In this document: in pieces, positions 41,821-53,100 of the stretch
How positions within the stretch are numbered: position 1 is the stretch's first letter
How the letters are laid out: each line of letters begins with the position of its first letter
From: Bacillota bacterium
Lineage (GTDB): Bacteria > Bacillota > DTU025
DNA length: 64,000 bases
Reading direction: 5' to 3'
Assembly: GCA_050951805.1 (NCBI GenBank)
Contig: JBMNJT010000002.1
Coordinates: forward strand, 608,001-672,000
Translations under genes and position numbers: made by a program
Notes under the pieces: generated by a model
Databases searched by the model: none
Told to the model about the DNA's origin: nothing
Seen by the model: only the letters and a program-made list of their open reading frames with translations

Positions 41821-43206
41821 ATGTATTCACGTCCGGAGGCGAAACCTCAACCAGCGCGTGCGCTGTCCATAATCTTCATATTCTTGGCACTCTCGACAAT
41901 ACTAGTCGGTGCCATCACTGACTTTGTCGTCACAGAAGTCATGTCATCAAGGTTGAACCGGGCTTTTCAGGCCGAAGTAGAAAATGCTGCCGTAACATGG
42001 CCGGAAGATCTTCCGACGGGTCTTGATTATGGAAGCAAGTCCGTGTCTTCAGATTGCAAGCGTGACCTTGCAGCGCTGCAGCCCGACAGGCCTAGGCGCG
42101 TTAGGGCTCTTTATGCTACTGGCTGGACGGCTGGAAGCGGGTCGCGGATGAAGCAGCTTGTCGATCTTGTGTGCGACACGGAGCTGAATTCCATTGTCAT
42201 AGAGATAAAGGACGACCTTGGAGTGATAAGCTATAGATCGGACGTGCCGCTTGCGACAGAGATCGGAGCGTCTACAGGCAAGATCGCAGATCTTCGGCGC
42301 CTGCTTGACGAGCTTTACGATAGCGGGGTTTATCCCATAGCTCGCCTGGTCGTGTTCAAGGACCCGCAACTTGCGGCCGCCCGTCCCGATCTTGCCGTGC
42401 GGGATTCTTCGGGCGTGCCCTGGCACGACAGTCAAGGCTTGATGTGGACGGATCCTAGGAAGAAAGAGGTGTGGGAGTACAATCTCGCGATAGCCCGGGA
42501 GGCGGCGCGAGCCGGCTTCCGCGAAATACAATTCGACTACGTGAGGTTCCCAGATGATGCTGGATTGGCCCGCACCAATTGGCTAGACCTCGAGGGCAAA
42601 AACAGAGTCGATGTGATTTCCGACTTCCTTGATTATGCCGGGAGGGAACTTGAACCATACAAAGTAGTGATCACCGCGGACATTTTCGGGATAGTCTGCT
42701 CTTCTCGATCAGACATGGGCATCGGGCAAAAGCTGGAGGAGATGGCAAAGCACGTAGACTATTTGGCGCCAATGGTGTATCCGTCGCATTACCGCAAGGG
42801 CGAGTACGGCATTGCGAATCCCGATGCGGCGCCGAGGGAGACTGTGAAACGGAGCCTCAGCGATGCACAAGACAGGATTGCAAAGGCGGGCGGCCGGGCA
42901 AAGATAATACCATGGCTGCAGGATTTTTCCCTAGGGTATCGGTATACAGCCGCTGAAGTTAGGGCACAGATTGATGCAGCCGCCGAGTGCGGCATATACG
43001 AGTTCATGCTCTGGAACCCGAGGAACCTGTATACAGCCGGTGCGCTTGGGCGTCCGGATCCGGAGGATGCGCTCCGTCCTAGGCCGCATTTGGACCTGCT
43101 TGCCGGAAGCGGTGCTATCCGTCTTGAGGATCCCGTGACAGTCACTGAATGGCGGGCATTGTCGGCACTGAAACAGGCCGGCGTCGGCCAGATCCTGGGC
43201 CCTTAG
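41821..43206 (+). CDS. Putative glycoside hydrolase (DUF4015-like TIM barrel), membrane anchored
   Basis: 'LNSIVIEIKDD', 'IARLVVFKD', 'GFREIQFDYVRFP', 'PMVYPSHY', 'PWLQDF', 'LWNP'. Start uncertain. Confidence 0.85.
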   Translation: MYSRPEAKPQPARALSIIFIFLALSTILVGAITDFVVTEVMSSRLNRAFQAEVENAAVTWPEDLPTGLDYGSKSVSSDCKRDLAALQPDRPRRVRALYATGWTAGSGSRMKQLVDLVCDTELNSIVIEIKDDLGVISYRSDVPLATEIGASTGKIADLRRLLDELYDSGVYPIARLVVFKDPQLAAARPDLAVRDSSGVPWHDSQGLMWTDPRKKEVWEYNLAIAREAARAGFREIQFDYVRFPDDAGLARTNWLDLEGKNRVDVISDFLDYAGRELEPYKVVITADIFGIVCSSRSDMGIGQKLEEMAKHVDYLAPMVYPSHYRKGEYGIANPDAAPRETVKRSLSDAQDRIAKAGGRAKIIPWLQDFSLGYRYTAAEVRAQIDAAAECGIYEFMLWNPRNLYTAGALGRPDPEDALRPRPHLDLLAGSGAIRLEDPVTVTEWRALSALKQAGVGQILGP

Positions 43207-43241
43207 GCCAGGCCGGCTGGGTTGCGATGGGGCGGCCTTGG

Positions 43242-43270
43242 TTGCACGAGTCCAGGCGCAGGTCTATAAT
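43242..43270 (+). promoter_or_regulatory. sigma-A promoter of aspS
   Basis: TTGCAC-N17-TATAAT. Confidence 0.65.
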
Positions 43271-43329
43271 TGGATTAAATTCGTATTAGCTGTAGATGCG
43301 GGTGGAAATAAGTAATTGAGGGTTTTGAG

Positions 43330-45138
43330 GTGAGTTACGTGCTTCGCACTCATACTTGTGGCGAGCTTGCAGCAGGAAATGTTGGTGAGACTGTTGCGCT
43401 GTGCGGATGGGTTCAGTCAGTGCGCGACCACGGAGGATTGATCTTCGTTGATCTTCGGGACAGATACGGTCGTACGCAGGTAGTTGTCAGTCCCGATCTT
43501 TCAGAAGATATTTTGGAGCGCGCAAGGAGCATTCACCGCGAAAGCGCGATCCGGGTGGAGGGAATTGTCTCAGAAAGGCCGGAAGGCACAAAGAATCCTT
43601 CGATATCTACCGGTGATGTCGAGGTTATGGCCAGTAATATAGAGATTATAGGGGATGCTGCCCCGGTGCTTCCTATGGAAGTGTCAGATGAGAACTTGGC
43701 CAACGAAGAGGTCAGGTTGAGATACAGATACATTGACCTGAGGCGTCCCTCGCTGCAGGCAAACATGATGGCGCGTCACCGCGCTGCCATGGCTGTCCGG
43801 AACTATCTTTCGGCCCAGGGCTTTCTTGAAATTCAGACACCGCTGTTGGTGCGGAGCACTCCGGAGGGAGCGCGCGACTTTGTAGTGCCAAGCAGGAATT
43901 TCCCTGGTAAGTTCTATGCACTTCCGCAGAGCCCTCAGTTGTATAAGCAATTGCTCATGATAGCGGGATTTGATCGCTATTTCCAGATCGCTCCGTGTTT
44001 CCGCGATGAAGACCAGCGGGCTGACAGGCAGTTAGTGCACAGTCAGATCGATATAGAGATGAGTTTTTGCGATGAAGAAGACGTGTTTTCGGTAGTTGAG
44101 GGCATCATATCCGCAGCATTCAAAGGGGCGATCGGGGCAGACGTCAAAGGACCATTCCTCAGGATGACGTATGACGAGGCCATGGAGAGGTTCGGATCTG
44201 ACAAACCGGACATGAGGTTCGGGATGGAGCTCGTAGATCTCACGGATCTCGTGGCGGATTCGGAATTCGGCATATTCAAGAGTGTGTGTGCCACAGGGGG
44301 TCGCGTCCGAGGAATCTCTGCCCCTGGTTGTGCAGGCTTTTCGCGCAAGCAGATAGACGACCTTACTGAACTGGCTCGGATCTATCGTGCGAAGGGGCTA
44401 ATTACCCTCAAAGTCGAAGGGGGCGAGATCCAAGGAAGCGTTGCCAAGCATATATCCTCTGACACCCTCGGTGAGATCGCATCGAGGCTGGGCAGCGCCG
44501 ATGGAGACCTCATACTGATCATAGCCGATACCCCTGAGGTGTCTGCCACGGCTCTGGGGCATTTGCGGCGATATCTCGGTAAGGAGCTCGGCCTTATCCC
44601 GAAGGGTGATTACAAACTCCTTTGGGTTACAGATTTTCCGCTATTTGAATGGAATCCAGATGATGGCCGATGGGATCCGATGCATCATATATTCACCATG
44701 CCGCGGGAGGGAGACCTCGAGTTGCTCGAGTCAGATCCCGCTTCTGTCAAGGGTCGCCAGTATGATCTGGTTCTCAATGGCACAGAGCTCGGGAGTGGAA
44801 GCATCAGGATTAACGATCCCGCTATACAGAAGAGGGTCATGAACGTCATCGGGGTTACTCCCGAGGAGGCAGAGGAGAAGTTCGGATTCCTGCTTCGCGC
44901 GTACCAATACGGCGGCCCAATCCATGGCGGATTCGCCATCGGTTTCGACAGGCTCCTAGCTGTTATGCTTGGACTTGAAAGTCTGCGCGATGTCATCGCT
45001 TTTCCTCAGAATGCCGCAGGCGTTTCTCTGGTGGACGACTGCCCGAACGAGATAGACCCGAAACAATGGAAAGAGCTTCATCTGAAGCTTGAAGATTGTG
45101 CGGGCAAGCCCGATGCCGAGGCGCGTTCGGACTGCTGA
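43330..45138 (+). CDS. aspS: Aspartate--tRNA ligase (bacterial type with GAD insert)
   Basis: 'RTHTCGEL', 'RDHGGLIFVDLRD', 'TPEGARDF', 'LPQSPQ', 'FRDED', 'GFDR'. Confidence 0.97.
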   Translation: MSYVLRTHTCGELAAGNVGETVALCGWVQSVRDHGGLIFVDLRDRYGRTQVVVSPDLSEDILERARSIHRESAIRVEGIVSERPEGTKNPSISTGDVEVMASNIEIIGDAAPVLPMEVSDENLANEEVRLRYRYIDLRRPSLQANMMARHRAAMAVRNYLSAQGFLEIQTPLLVRSTPEGARDFVVPSRNFPGKFYALPQSPQLYKQLLMIAGFDRYFQIAPCFRDEDQRADRQLVHSQIDIEMSFCDEEDVFSVVEGIISAAFKGAIGADVKGPFLRMTYDEAMERFGSDKPDMRFGMELVDLTDLVADSEFGIFKSVCATGGRVRGISAPGCAGFSRKQIDDLTELARIYRAKGLITLKVEGGEIQGSVAKHISSDTLGEIASRLGSADGDLILIIADTPEVSATALGHLRRYLGKELGLIPKGDYKLLWVTDFPLFEWNPDDGRWDPMHHIFTMPREGDLELLESDPASVKGRQYDLVLNGTELGSGSIRINDPAIQKRVMNVIGVTPEEAEEKFGFLLRAYQYGGPIHGGFAIGFDRLLAVMLGLESLRDVIAFPQNAAGVSLVDDCPNEIDPKQWKELHLKLEDCAGKPDAEARSDC

Positions 45139-45238
45139 TGCGTGCGGCATGAGGAGGCCGTTTGGTCCGTGCGTTCCAGGGAACGGGGCGCACGGGCTTT
45201 TGATTAATCCATTGATGTCTGATTCAGGGTTGCCTTGA

Positions 45239-46750
<1,512 letters not shown>

Positions 46751-46781
46751 GCTACTTTTTCCGAGAGGAGGACGACTTGCG

Positions 46782-47996
46782 GTGTCGACCAAGATCAAGA
46801 GGTGCAGTCTTTTGGCTGTAAGCCTAATTATGGTTATGGTTGTGTCCATGATCTCGAGCGAGTCTGCTCTGGCGGAGTATGATGTGAAGAGCATAATCAT
46901 CAACCCGAATCCCCCCTATCAGACCAGCATTTGGACTGACAAGTCGCAGTATAATCCGGGGGAAAGGCTGAATGTCTACTTCAGGACGAGCAAAGATGCG
47001 TATATCTACATTTTTGACATCGATACCGTCGGCAACGTGAGCCTGATATTCCCCAACATATACTCAGAATACAACTACAAACGGGCAGGTCAGACATACT
47101 CCTTGCCTGACAACTCCAGATATAACCTGACCATTGGCGGTCCTGCAGGAGTTGAGCAGCTCGTACTGATCGCCACGCCATCGCAGATACGCGACGTTGA
47201 ATGGCTAAGGCGTTCACTTGAGCAGGGTTCATTCGGGCCACAGCTAAATGTCAATATATCCGCAGACAGGTTCATGTTTGAGGTGAAGTCGATTTCGATT
47301 ACCCCCAACTTCGGCCAAGATTGGTCGTCGGCGGTCGCAACATTTACAGTGGGGAGTGTTGTAACGCCGCCGCCGCCACCACCACCACCGTCGGTGAAAT
47401 ACGGAACGCTGAGCATTACCTCTAAGCCGTCGGGGGCAACCGTTTTTCTGGACGGGGTAGACCAGGGGACCACGCCGCTGACGATTACGGGCGTGAGCTA
47501 TGGCGTGCATGACATTGCGATAATGAAGAAGAACTACTATACGTATTCGCGCCAGATCACGGTGAACTCGCCAAATCCATACCGAATAGATGCGACACTT
47601 GTGAAGCTGCCTACGTCATCCGATTGGGGCGACGAGGTTCAGCTTGTAAACAAGAGCATGCTGGTAAAATGGCCTCAAACCGGGCCGTTCACTGAGACGT
47701 TCACTTTTAGAGGTTCTACGGGCAAGGTGGTCATCAACGCAGACCCGATCCTCGGCATGCTGTCGAGAGTGACAGGAAGCATCACTGCGAATGCAGTGGG
47801 GCCAGTGGAATTCATGCAGATCAACCCGAGTGGGCCTGATGCGCCCTGGCCCGGAAGGGTATATGAAAGGACTCAGTATCCGTTCAGGGTGAGGGTAACT
47901 GTAGAGGATTACAGCATCACGACGGGTCTGGTCTTTGGAATTGAATACATCGACTACGTACGGTTGCGTTTGGAGATTTGGCATATAGGCAACTGA
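46782..47996 (+). CDS. Secreted DUF4384 + PEGA domain protein
   Basis: Signal peptide. 'WTDKSQYNPGE...AYIYIFDID..G.VSLIFPN'. Poly-Pro linker. PEGA 'ITSKPSGATVFLDG...GTTPL'. Confidence 0.85.
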   Translation: MSTKIKRCSLLAVSLIMVMVVSMISSESALAEYDVKSIIINPNPPYQTSIWTDKSQYNPGERLNVYFRTSKDAYIYIFDIDTVGNVSLIFPNIYSEYNYKRAGQTYSLPDNSRYNLTIGGPAGVEQLVLIATPSQIRDVEWLRRSLEQGSFGPQLNVNISADRFMFEVKSISITPNFGQDWSSAVATFTVGSVVTPPPPPPPPSVKYGTLSITSKPSGATVFLDGVDQGTTPLTITGVSYGVHDIAIMKKNYYTYSRQITVNSPNPYRIDATLVKLPTSSDWGDEVQLVNKSMLVKWPQTGPFTETFTFRGSTGKVVINADPILGMLSRVTGSITANAVGPVEFMQINPSGPDAPWPGRVYERTQYPFRVRVTVEDYSITTGLVFGIEYIDYVRLRLEIWHIGN

Positions 47997-48649
47997 TTCT
48001 TTAGCACGAGACGGTTGCCCAAAAATATAGCAGCACGGCAGAGCAGGGTCGGGGTTTAGACTCCCCGACCCTGCTCATATCCGAAACTCCATGTGGATGT
48101 TTGGATGTGGTGCCACATTTCGTGTGGCAGGGCCGAGTCGATCAGTGCATCTGAGGTAGGGAGTGTTGAAGCCAGTAGGATCCATGATCCAGCAGTGTCT
48201 CGCCGCATGCACCATGTTGCCGCCCTAGCTCTGTTCAATGCGCCGCCCGGCCCGGCACGCAACATGTAAAAGACTACTATAAGCTAGCAAGCTTGATGGG
48301 TGCACGCGGCAGTACCATGCCAGACGACGGCCTCGGGTCCTTTAACATATGCTTATTGCAGAGGGATGAAAGACATTGCGCCGGTAGGCCCAAGAAAAAC
48401 GGTCATGTTCTTTAGCAGAGGCCCGCGTCTGTTTTGGGATCGGGGTAGGGAGGAGAGAGTTCTATGCTTCACCGCAGACCGCGTATTAGCTGGGGCAAGG
48501 CTGATACTCTATAGTGGAAATGGTCAGGCGCTTCACGGTCACATATTCGCGGCTGCTCAGTCCTTTGCCGCATACGCCTACCTGGACGTCGCGTACAGAT
48601 GTGACCCGTCCGGCGGGGAGGACAGATCCGATCCGTAATTGGGCTGTGG

Positions 48650-48678
48650 TTGAGAAACGTTGGCTGGGCAATTATAAT
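48650..48678 (+). promoter_or_regulatory. sigma-A promoter of asnS
   Basis: TTGAGA-N17-TATAAT. Confidence 0.65.
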
Positions 48679-48733
48679 AGTAGTTACTATGGAAACATCT
48701 TGATGAAGATGAGGTCATCCGGAGGTGTGGTTA

Positions 48734-50026
48734 TTGCAGTCCGTCCGTATCGCCGACATACGAGAACATGATGGAGAAGAGGTCACTATTAAGGGGTGGC
48801 TATATAACAAGCGGTCGAGTGGAGGCATCCATTTCCTGATAATAAGGGATGGGACAGGTTTCATGCAAGCTGTCGCCGTTCGTGGCGAAATCCCTGATGA
48901 CCAGTTTGAACTGTGCAACAACCTGACGCAAGAATCGTCGATATTGGTCACCGGGCGCATTCGCGCTGACAAGAGGGCGGCGGGCGGATTCGAGATGTCA
49001 GCTACAGGCGTGGAGCTTGTACAGCTGGCTGAGGAATACCCAATAACCCTAAAGGAACACGGCGTAGATTTCCTTCTTGATCACAGGCACTTGTGGATTC
49101 GTAATCCTCGACAACACGCTGCGTTGTTGGTGCGGGACGAGGTGATTTCTGCGGCGGAAGACTGGCTGCGAAGCAACGGGTTCGTCAAGATCGACGCGCC
49201 AATTCTGACGCCGGCGGCATGCGAAGGAACTACTACCTTATTCGAGACCGACTACTTCGGCGAAAAGGCGTATCTGAGCCAGAGCGGCCAGCTGTACAAT
49301 GAGGCGGCGTGCATGGCATTTGGCAAAGTCTACTGCTACGGTCCGACATTTAGGGCTGAGAAGTCTAAAACGCGAAGGCATCTTATCGAGTTTTGGATGA
49401 TCGAGCCCGAGATGGCCTATGCCACTCAGGAAGACAATATGGTGATTCAGGAAGAGTTCTTGTCATACATCGTACAGCGTTGCCTTACCAAACGCCGGCA
49501 GGAGCTGATCACGCTCGAAAGAGACCTTTCGAAACTGGAGTGTATTGTGCCGCCATTCCCGCGGCTTTCGTATGATGAGGCCGTGGAACTGTTGCACGGG
49601 GAGGGTAAGGAATTCGAGTGGGGAGACGATTTCGGGGCGCCCGACGAGGCTACGATTTCGACGAAATACGACAAGCCGGTATTTGTAACCGGTTATCCAA
49701 CAAAGGTAAAGGCCTTCTATATGCAGCCTGATCCGGATAGGCCCGAGATAGTAAAATGCTCTGACTTGCTGGCGCCTGAGGGCTACGGCGAGATCATCGG
49801 CAGCAGTGAGAGAATTCACGACCTGGATCTCCTGGCGGCGCGGATGCGCGAGCATAATCTCCCTGAGGAAGCCTACGGTTGGTACCTTGATCTCCGGCGC
49901 TATGGATCGGTCCCCCATTCCGGGTTCGGGCTAGGGATTGAAAGAACAGTAGCGTGGATTACCGGCAGCGAGCATGTTAGGGAGATGATTCCTTTCCCGC
50001 GCCTAATCAATCGCATATACCCGTAG
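48734..50026 (+). CDS. asnS: Asparagine--tRNA ligase
   Basis: 'FLLDHRHLW', 'CEGTTTLF', 'YLSQSGQLY', '[12 protein letters not shown]', '[15 protein letters not shown]'. Confidence 0.97.
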   Translation: MQSVRIADIREHDGEEVTIKGWLYNKRSSGGIHFLIIRDGTGFMQAVAVRGEIPDDQFELCNNLTQESSILVTGRIRADKRAAGGFEMSATGVELVQLAEEYPITLKEHGVDFLLDHRHLWIRNPRQHAALLVRDEVISAAEDWLRSNGFVKIDAPILTPAACEGTTTLFETDYFGEKAYLSQSGQLYNEAACMAFGKVYCYGPTFRAEKSKTRRHLIEFWMIEPEMAYATQEDNMVIQEEFLSYIVQRCLTKRRQELITLERDLSKLECIVPPFPRLSYDEAVELLHGEGKEFEWGDDFGAPDEATISTKYDKPVFVTGYPTKVKAFYMQPDPDRPEIVKCSDLLAPEGYGEIIGSSERIHDLDLLAARMREHNLPEEAYGWYLDLRRYGSVPHSGFGLGIERTVAWITGSEHVREMIPFPRLINRIYP

Positions 50027-50100
50027 TTCATGAAATATCTATTGGAGCGCTCGATGGTGGACCCCGCGTGACGAACAGGCAAGCGGGGTTCTTGCATATT

Positions 50101-50127
50101 GGAACCGCTGGCTTCGCACAGCGTCTA
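50101..50127 (+). promoter_or_regulatory. Candidate ECF-sigma promoter
   Basis: GGAAC-N16-CGTCTA, 38 nt before the start codon of the TPR-FN3 gene. Confidence 0.5.
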
Positions 50128-50164
50128 TACCTACTGAGTCCAACAAATAGGGAGGGCAGAGGTA

Positions 50165-53100
50165 ATGAAGAGCAAAAGGAAGGTGCTATTCATCTTCGCT
50201 AGCTTAGCCCTGGTGCTTTTCGTAGGCACATTGGTGTCAACTAGTTCGCAAGCGCAGATTTCAGCTTATGATTACATTCTGCGGGGCGAGCAGTATCTCG
50301 CACAGGGTGCTGCAAATGAAGCTATAGGCCAGTTTGAACAGGCAATATACATAGAACCGACAAACACCCGCGCTCACTTCGGGCTTGGGTGCGCCTACGA
50401 GATGAGGTCGAAGGCTGCCAGGGTGTTCAATTATCGGATGGAGCTTTTTACGGAACCGGATCCCGTCAGAAAGCTGGGCTTCCCACCCCTTTCAGAACAG
50501 GGATATCAAGATGTCGAACGAGCGATTCAAGCCTACTCAAAGGCGGCACTCTACTCGCCGCCGTATGCAGAAGGCCATTACCGACAGGGAGTTCTCCATT
50601 TCATTAGCGGAAGACCCGGAGATGCCAAAGTTGCCTTGGAGAGGGCCGTCGCTCAGGATAGGACGGCAGTCGACCCTGCTGTTCTCCTTGCCTATATATA
50701 CCTGGAGGAAGGGAATATCCAGGCAGCGACTGCGCAGATTGATCGTATTATCTCTGCAACTGGCGACAGGTTCAACCCCGTGATTCTTGGTTTATCTGCA
50801 GTGTTGGAATACAGAAGTGGCAGATATGATCAGGCAGAGCAGTTGCTGTTGCAGGCTACAAGCAGGTCTGGCGCGCCAGCCTATCTTTACAAGCGGCTTG
50901 GCGATGCGATGGCTGCGCGCGGACTCCACACGCAAGCATTGGATGCATACCGTCAGGCGGTGCAGAGGGATCCCGAGTCGATACTGGCTAATGATGCAAT
51001 TGGCAACATATACAGGCTTTCAGGGCAGTCGGCACAGGCTGTGCAGTGCTATTCAGCTGCCGCGTCGGCCAATCCGAATCTGGTACGGGCAAGATACGGA
51101 CTTGGTTCGGCTCTGCTCGAATCGGGTTCATATGCCCAAGCATTGCAGACGTTCAGCGAACTTGTGGACGCATTGCCAACGTATGGATCTGATAATGCGC
51201 TGCTTTTAAAGGGTATAGCCCAGTGGAAGACCGGCAATGCAAATGCGGCGCTTGCCACTGTCAACCATGCTCTGGGAATCAATGCTGAAAACCGCATAGC
51301 CGCCATTTACAAGGAGCGCATCGAACGTGAAATGGGCGGTTACGGCGTATCGCCCCTTGGCGCGCAGCCCAAGTCCATAGTGGCGGAAGGGAGCAAACCG
51401 GACAAACCGTTCAGCGGAATCGTGATAAACGATGGCGCTGAATATACAAACAGCCGGACGGTTCGGCTCGCAGTTTACAGTGATTACTCAACTGTCGCTT
51501 TTAGTAATGACAATTCCACCTGGAGCTCCTGGTTTTCGAAGCCTGAGCCATATGGAGAGTTCACTTGGGAATTGACTCCGGGAGACGGGACAAAGAGAGT
51601 ATACGTGAAATTTCGTGGCCTATTCGGTATAGGCATACCCGGCGAATCGGGGACGATAGTGCTCGACTCGACGCCACCAGTAGCCACTGCACGCTTGGAG
51701 GGCATGCAAACAGGCGGTTACGGAGGTTATGATGGCAGGACGAGAGTTGTCCTTTCGGCCAATGATCCTACTGGGATAGTCGGGTTTTGGATGTCCTATG
51801 ACGGCAATGATTGGCGCTGGTTCGACTGGTATGGAAGTGATTTTGCCATATCTTTGCCTGCAGGTGTCGGTGCGACGCCGAGGGTCCGGTTTTCCGTGGT
51901 TGACGGAGCAGGCAACCATGCGTCGATCGAGGCTGTCATGACTGCGCCTCCTTCTTTAGACACACAGCCGCCGAGGATATATGGGATACAGGTGACCAGG
52001 GGCCCCCTGGATTCGGCGATAATCACATGGACCACCGATGAGCCGGCAGATTCCTACGTGGAGTACTGGGCATACGGAGTGCCCCAGAACCGTGTGGGCA
52101 CGAGCATGCTTGCCACATCCCACTCGGTAACCCTTTCGAACCTCCGTGCGGGCACGACGTATTACTACAGGGTAATTTCTACCGATGCGGCAGGAAACCG
52201 GGGTCAATCGCAGGATCTCACGCTCGTGATTCAGCCTGTAGATACAACTCCGCCGGTGATAAGCCGGATAGAGGCAAGAGCAACGGGGCTCGACTCGGTG
52301 AGCATCACATGGACCACCGATGAGCCGGCAGATTCCTACGTGGAGTACTGGGCATACGGAGTGCCCCAGAACCGTGTGGGCACGAGCATGCTTGCCACAT
52401 CCCACTCGGTAACCCTTTCGAACCTCCGTGCGGGCACGACGTATTACTACAGGGTAATTTCTACCGATGCGGCAGGAAACCGGGGGCAATCGCAGGATCT
52501 CACGCTTGTGATTCAGCCTGTAGATACAACTCCGCCGGTGATAAGCCGGATAGAGGCAAAAGCAACGGGGCTCGACTCGGTGAGCATCACATGGACCACC
52601 GATGAGCCGGCAGATTCCTACGTGGAGTACTGGGCATACGGAGTGCCCCAGAACCGTGTGGGCACGAGCATGCTTGCTACATCCCACTCGGTAACCCTTT
52701 CGAACCTCCGTGCGGGCACGACGTATTACTACAGGGTAATTTCTACCGATGCGGCAGGAAACCGGGGTCAATCGCAGGATCTCACGCTTGTGATTCAGCC
52801 TGTAGATACAACTCCGCCGGTGATAAGCCGGATAGAGGCAAAAGCAACGGGGCTCGACTCGGTGAGCATCACATGGACCACCGATGAGCCGGCAGATTCC
52901 TACGTGGAGTACTGGGCATACGGAGTGCCCCAGAACCGTGTGGGCACGAGCGTGCTTTCGACTTACCATGCGGTTACATTGTCCAATTTGCGTTCTGGTG
53001 TCACATACTACTACACAGTGACTTCCACCGATGCAGCGGGCAACCGTGCGCGGTCATCGGAGATGAGTCTTAGGATCCAGCCTCCCGATACGACACCTCC

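Noticed and set aside
51956-52969. 337-aa repetitive minus-strand ORF, or CRISPR-like periodicity
   Set aside because: Mirror of the 282-bp FN3 coding repeat. There are no unique spacers and no cas genes.
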